Shown: positions 39,762-39,981 of the stretch, in pieces
Layout: each line of letters opens with the position of its first letter
Position numbering within the stretch: the stretch's first letter is position 1
From: a virus
IMG/VR virus record: IMGVR_UViG_3300045391_002432
DNA length: 39,981 nucleotides
Reading direction: 5' to 3' (one strand)
Translations under genes and position numbers: made by a program
Notes under the pieces: model-generated
Databases searched by the model: none
Seen by the model: the letters and a program-made list of their open reading frames with translations, nothing else
What the model was told of the DNA's origin: nothing

Positions 39762-39959
39762 ATGACTGGAATTGATCTTCTCTGGCTCGCCGGCATTGCC
39801 GTCGTCTGGTATTTGCTCGGCACGAAGCGGCGGCGCGAGCAGCGGCGGCATGAAAGCAGGCCCTACTACGTGGCCACCCCAGTTCAACCGAGCGACGGCA
39901 CCTCGTGGCTCTTCGCCTTTCTGGTCGTGCTTCTGATAATTCTCGCCAATCATCACTGA
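39762..39959 (+). CDS. Possible small two-TM membrane protein (65 aa), antisense to the late operon
   Basis: MTGIDLLWLAGIAVVWYLLG-TKRRREQRRHESRP...-WLFAFLVVLLIILANHH. GAAGGGG lies upstream of ATG 39762. Third-position GC is moderate. Its 3' end lies in the terminal repeat and converges on the stop of the 554-aa gene. Confidence 0.4.
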   Translation: MTGIDLLWLAGIAVVWYLLGTKRRREQRRHESRPYYVATPVQPSDGTSWLFAFLVVLLIILANHH

Positions 39960-39981
39960 CCTCCAGCGCCGCCCTGCCGCC
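39913..39981. repeat. Terminal direct repeat, copy B (identical to 1..69)
   Basis: Exact 69-nt identity with the start of the window. Confidence 0.95.

Larger units (their letters stand above)
1..39981. mobile_element. Complete temperate podovirus-like phage genome (closed circle or terminally redundant)
   Basis: The window holds a full set of terminase, portal, capsid, fibre, lysis, integrase and repressor genes. Its two ends are identical over 69 nt. Genes are tightly packed with no host housekeeping genes. Confidence 0.8.

Noticed and set aside
1-39981. CRISPR arrays, rRNA genes, transposases or insertion sequences
   Set aside because: There are no regularly spaced direct repeats, no rRNA-like conserved segments and no transposase-like ORFs. 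The only repeats are the terminal 69 nt and the coding low-complexity repeats.

Overview
The window is GC-rich, and its first 69 nt (1..69) are identical to its last 69 nt (39913..39981). I read it as one closed, or terminally redundant, temperate phage genome of about 39.9 kb rather than a chromosomal segment. All family calls come from motifs I recognise in the supplied translations; no search was run. The ORF track prints GTG/TTG starts as M, so several starts below were moved to ATG or SD-supported codons.

Layout:
- (1) A long minus-strand late operon runs from terS (17042) through a ParB-methyltransferase fusion, terL, portal, scaffold-like protein, major capsid, adaptor/hub-like proteins, a GNAT acetyltransferase, a protein with an S74 chaperone domain, a lytic transglycosylase and Gly-rich ejection-like proteins. 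It crosses the window junction into two fibre genes (one collagen-like) and two membrane proteins, ending at 35612. I recognised no tape measure, sheath or tube, and the gene order resembles P22, so a podovirus is likely.
- (2) A rightward early operon (17269..21186) is divergent from terS.
- (3) A divergent Cro-like/CI-like switch sits at 28.3-29.2 kb.
- (4) A leftward early operon (28605 down to 21155) holds about 23 mostly tiny genes, many joined by 4-nt ATGA overlaps. It ends in a GH25 endolysin.
- (5) A rightward recombination module (YqaJ-like exonuclease, putative annealing protein, excisionase-like protein) lies at 29407..32747.
- (6) A tyrosine integrase with a putative attP region lies at 33187..34810.
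- (7) A self-contained cassette (Lys/Ala/Pro-repeat DUF3489-like protein plus a 47-aa RHH-like protein) lies between attP and the fibre genes.

Most unusual observations:
- Two long proline-rich low-complexity segments in the portal.
- A GNAT gene translationally coupled inside the tail/ejection block.
- An S74 autochaperone on the protein in the needle position.
- Lysis functions that appear split between two operons.
- A candidate leaderless cro-like gene, and a CI-like repressor with no peptidase domain.
- Two CxxCxxCC (YkgJ-type) proteins.
- A small antisense membrane ORF in the only large gap of the late operon.

I saw no tRNA, rRNA, CRISPR array, reverse transcriptase/DGR or transposase.
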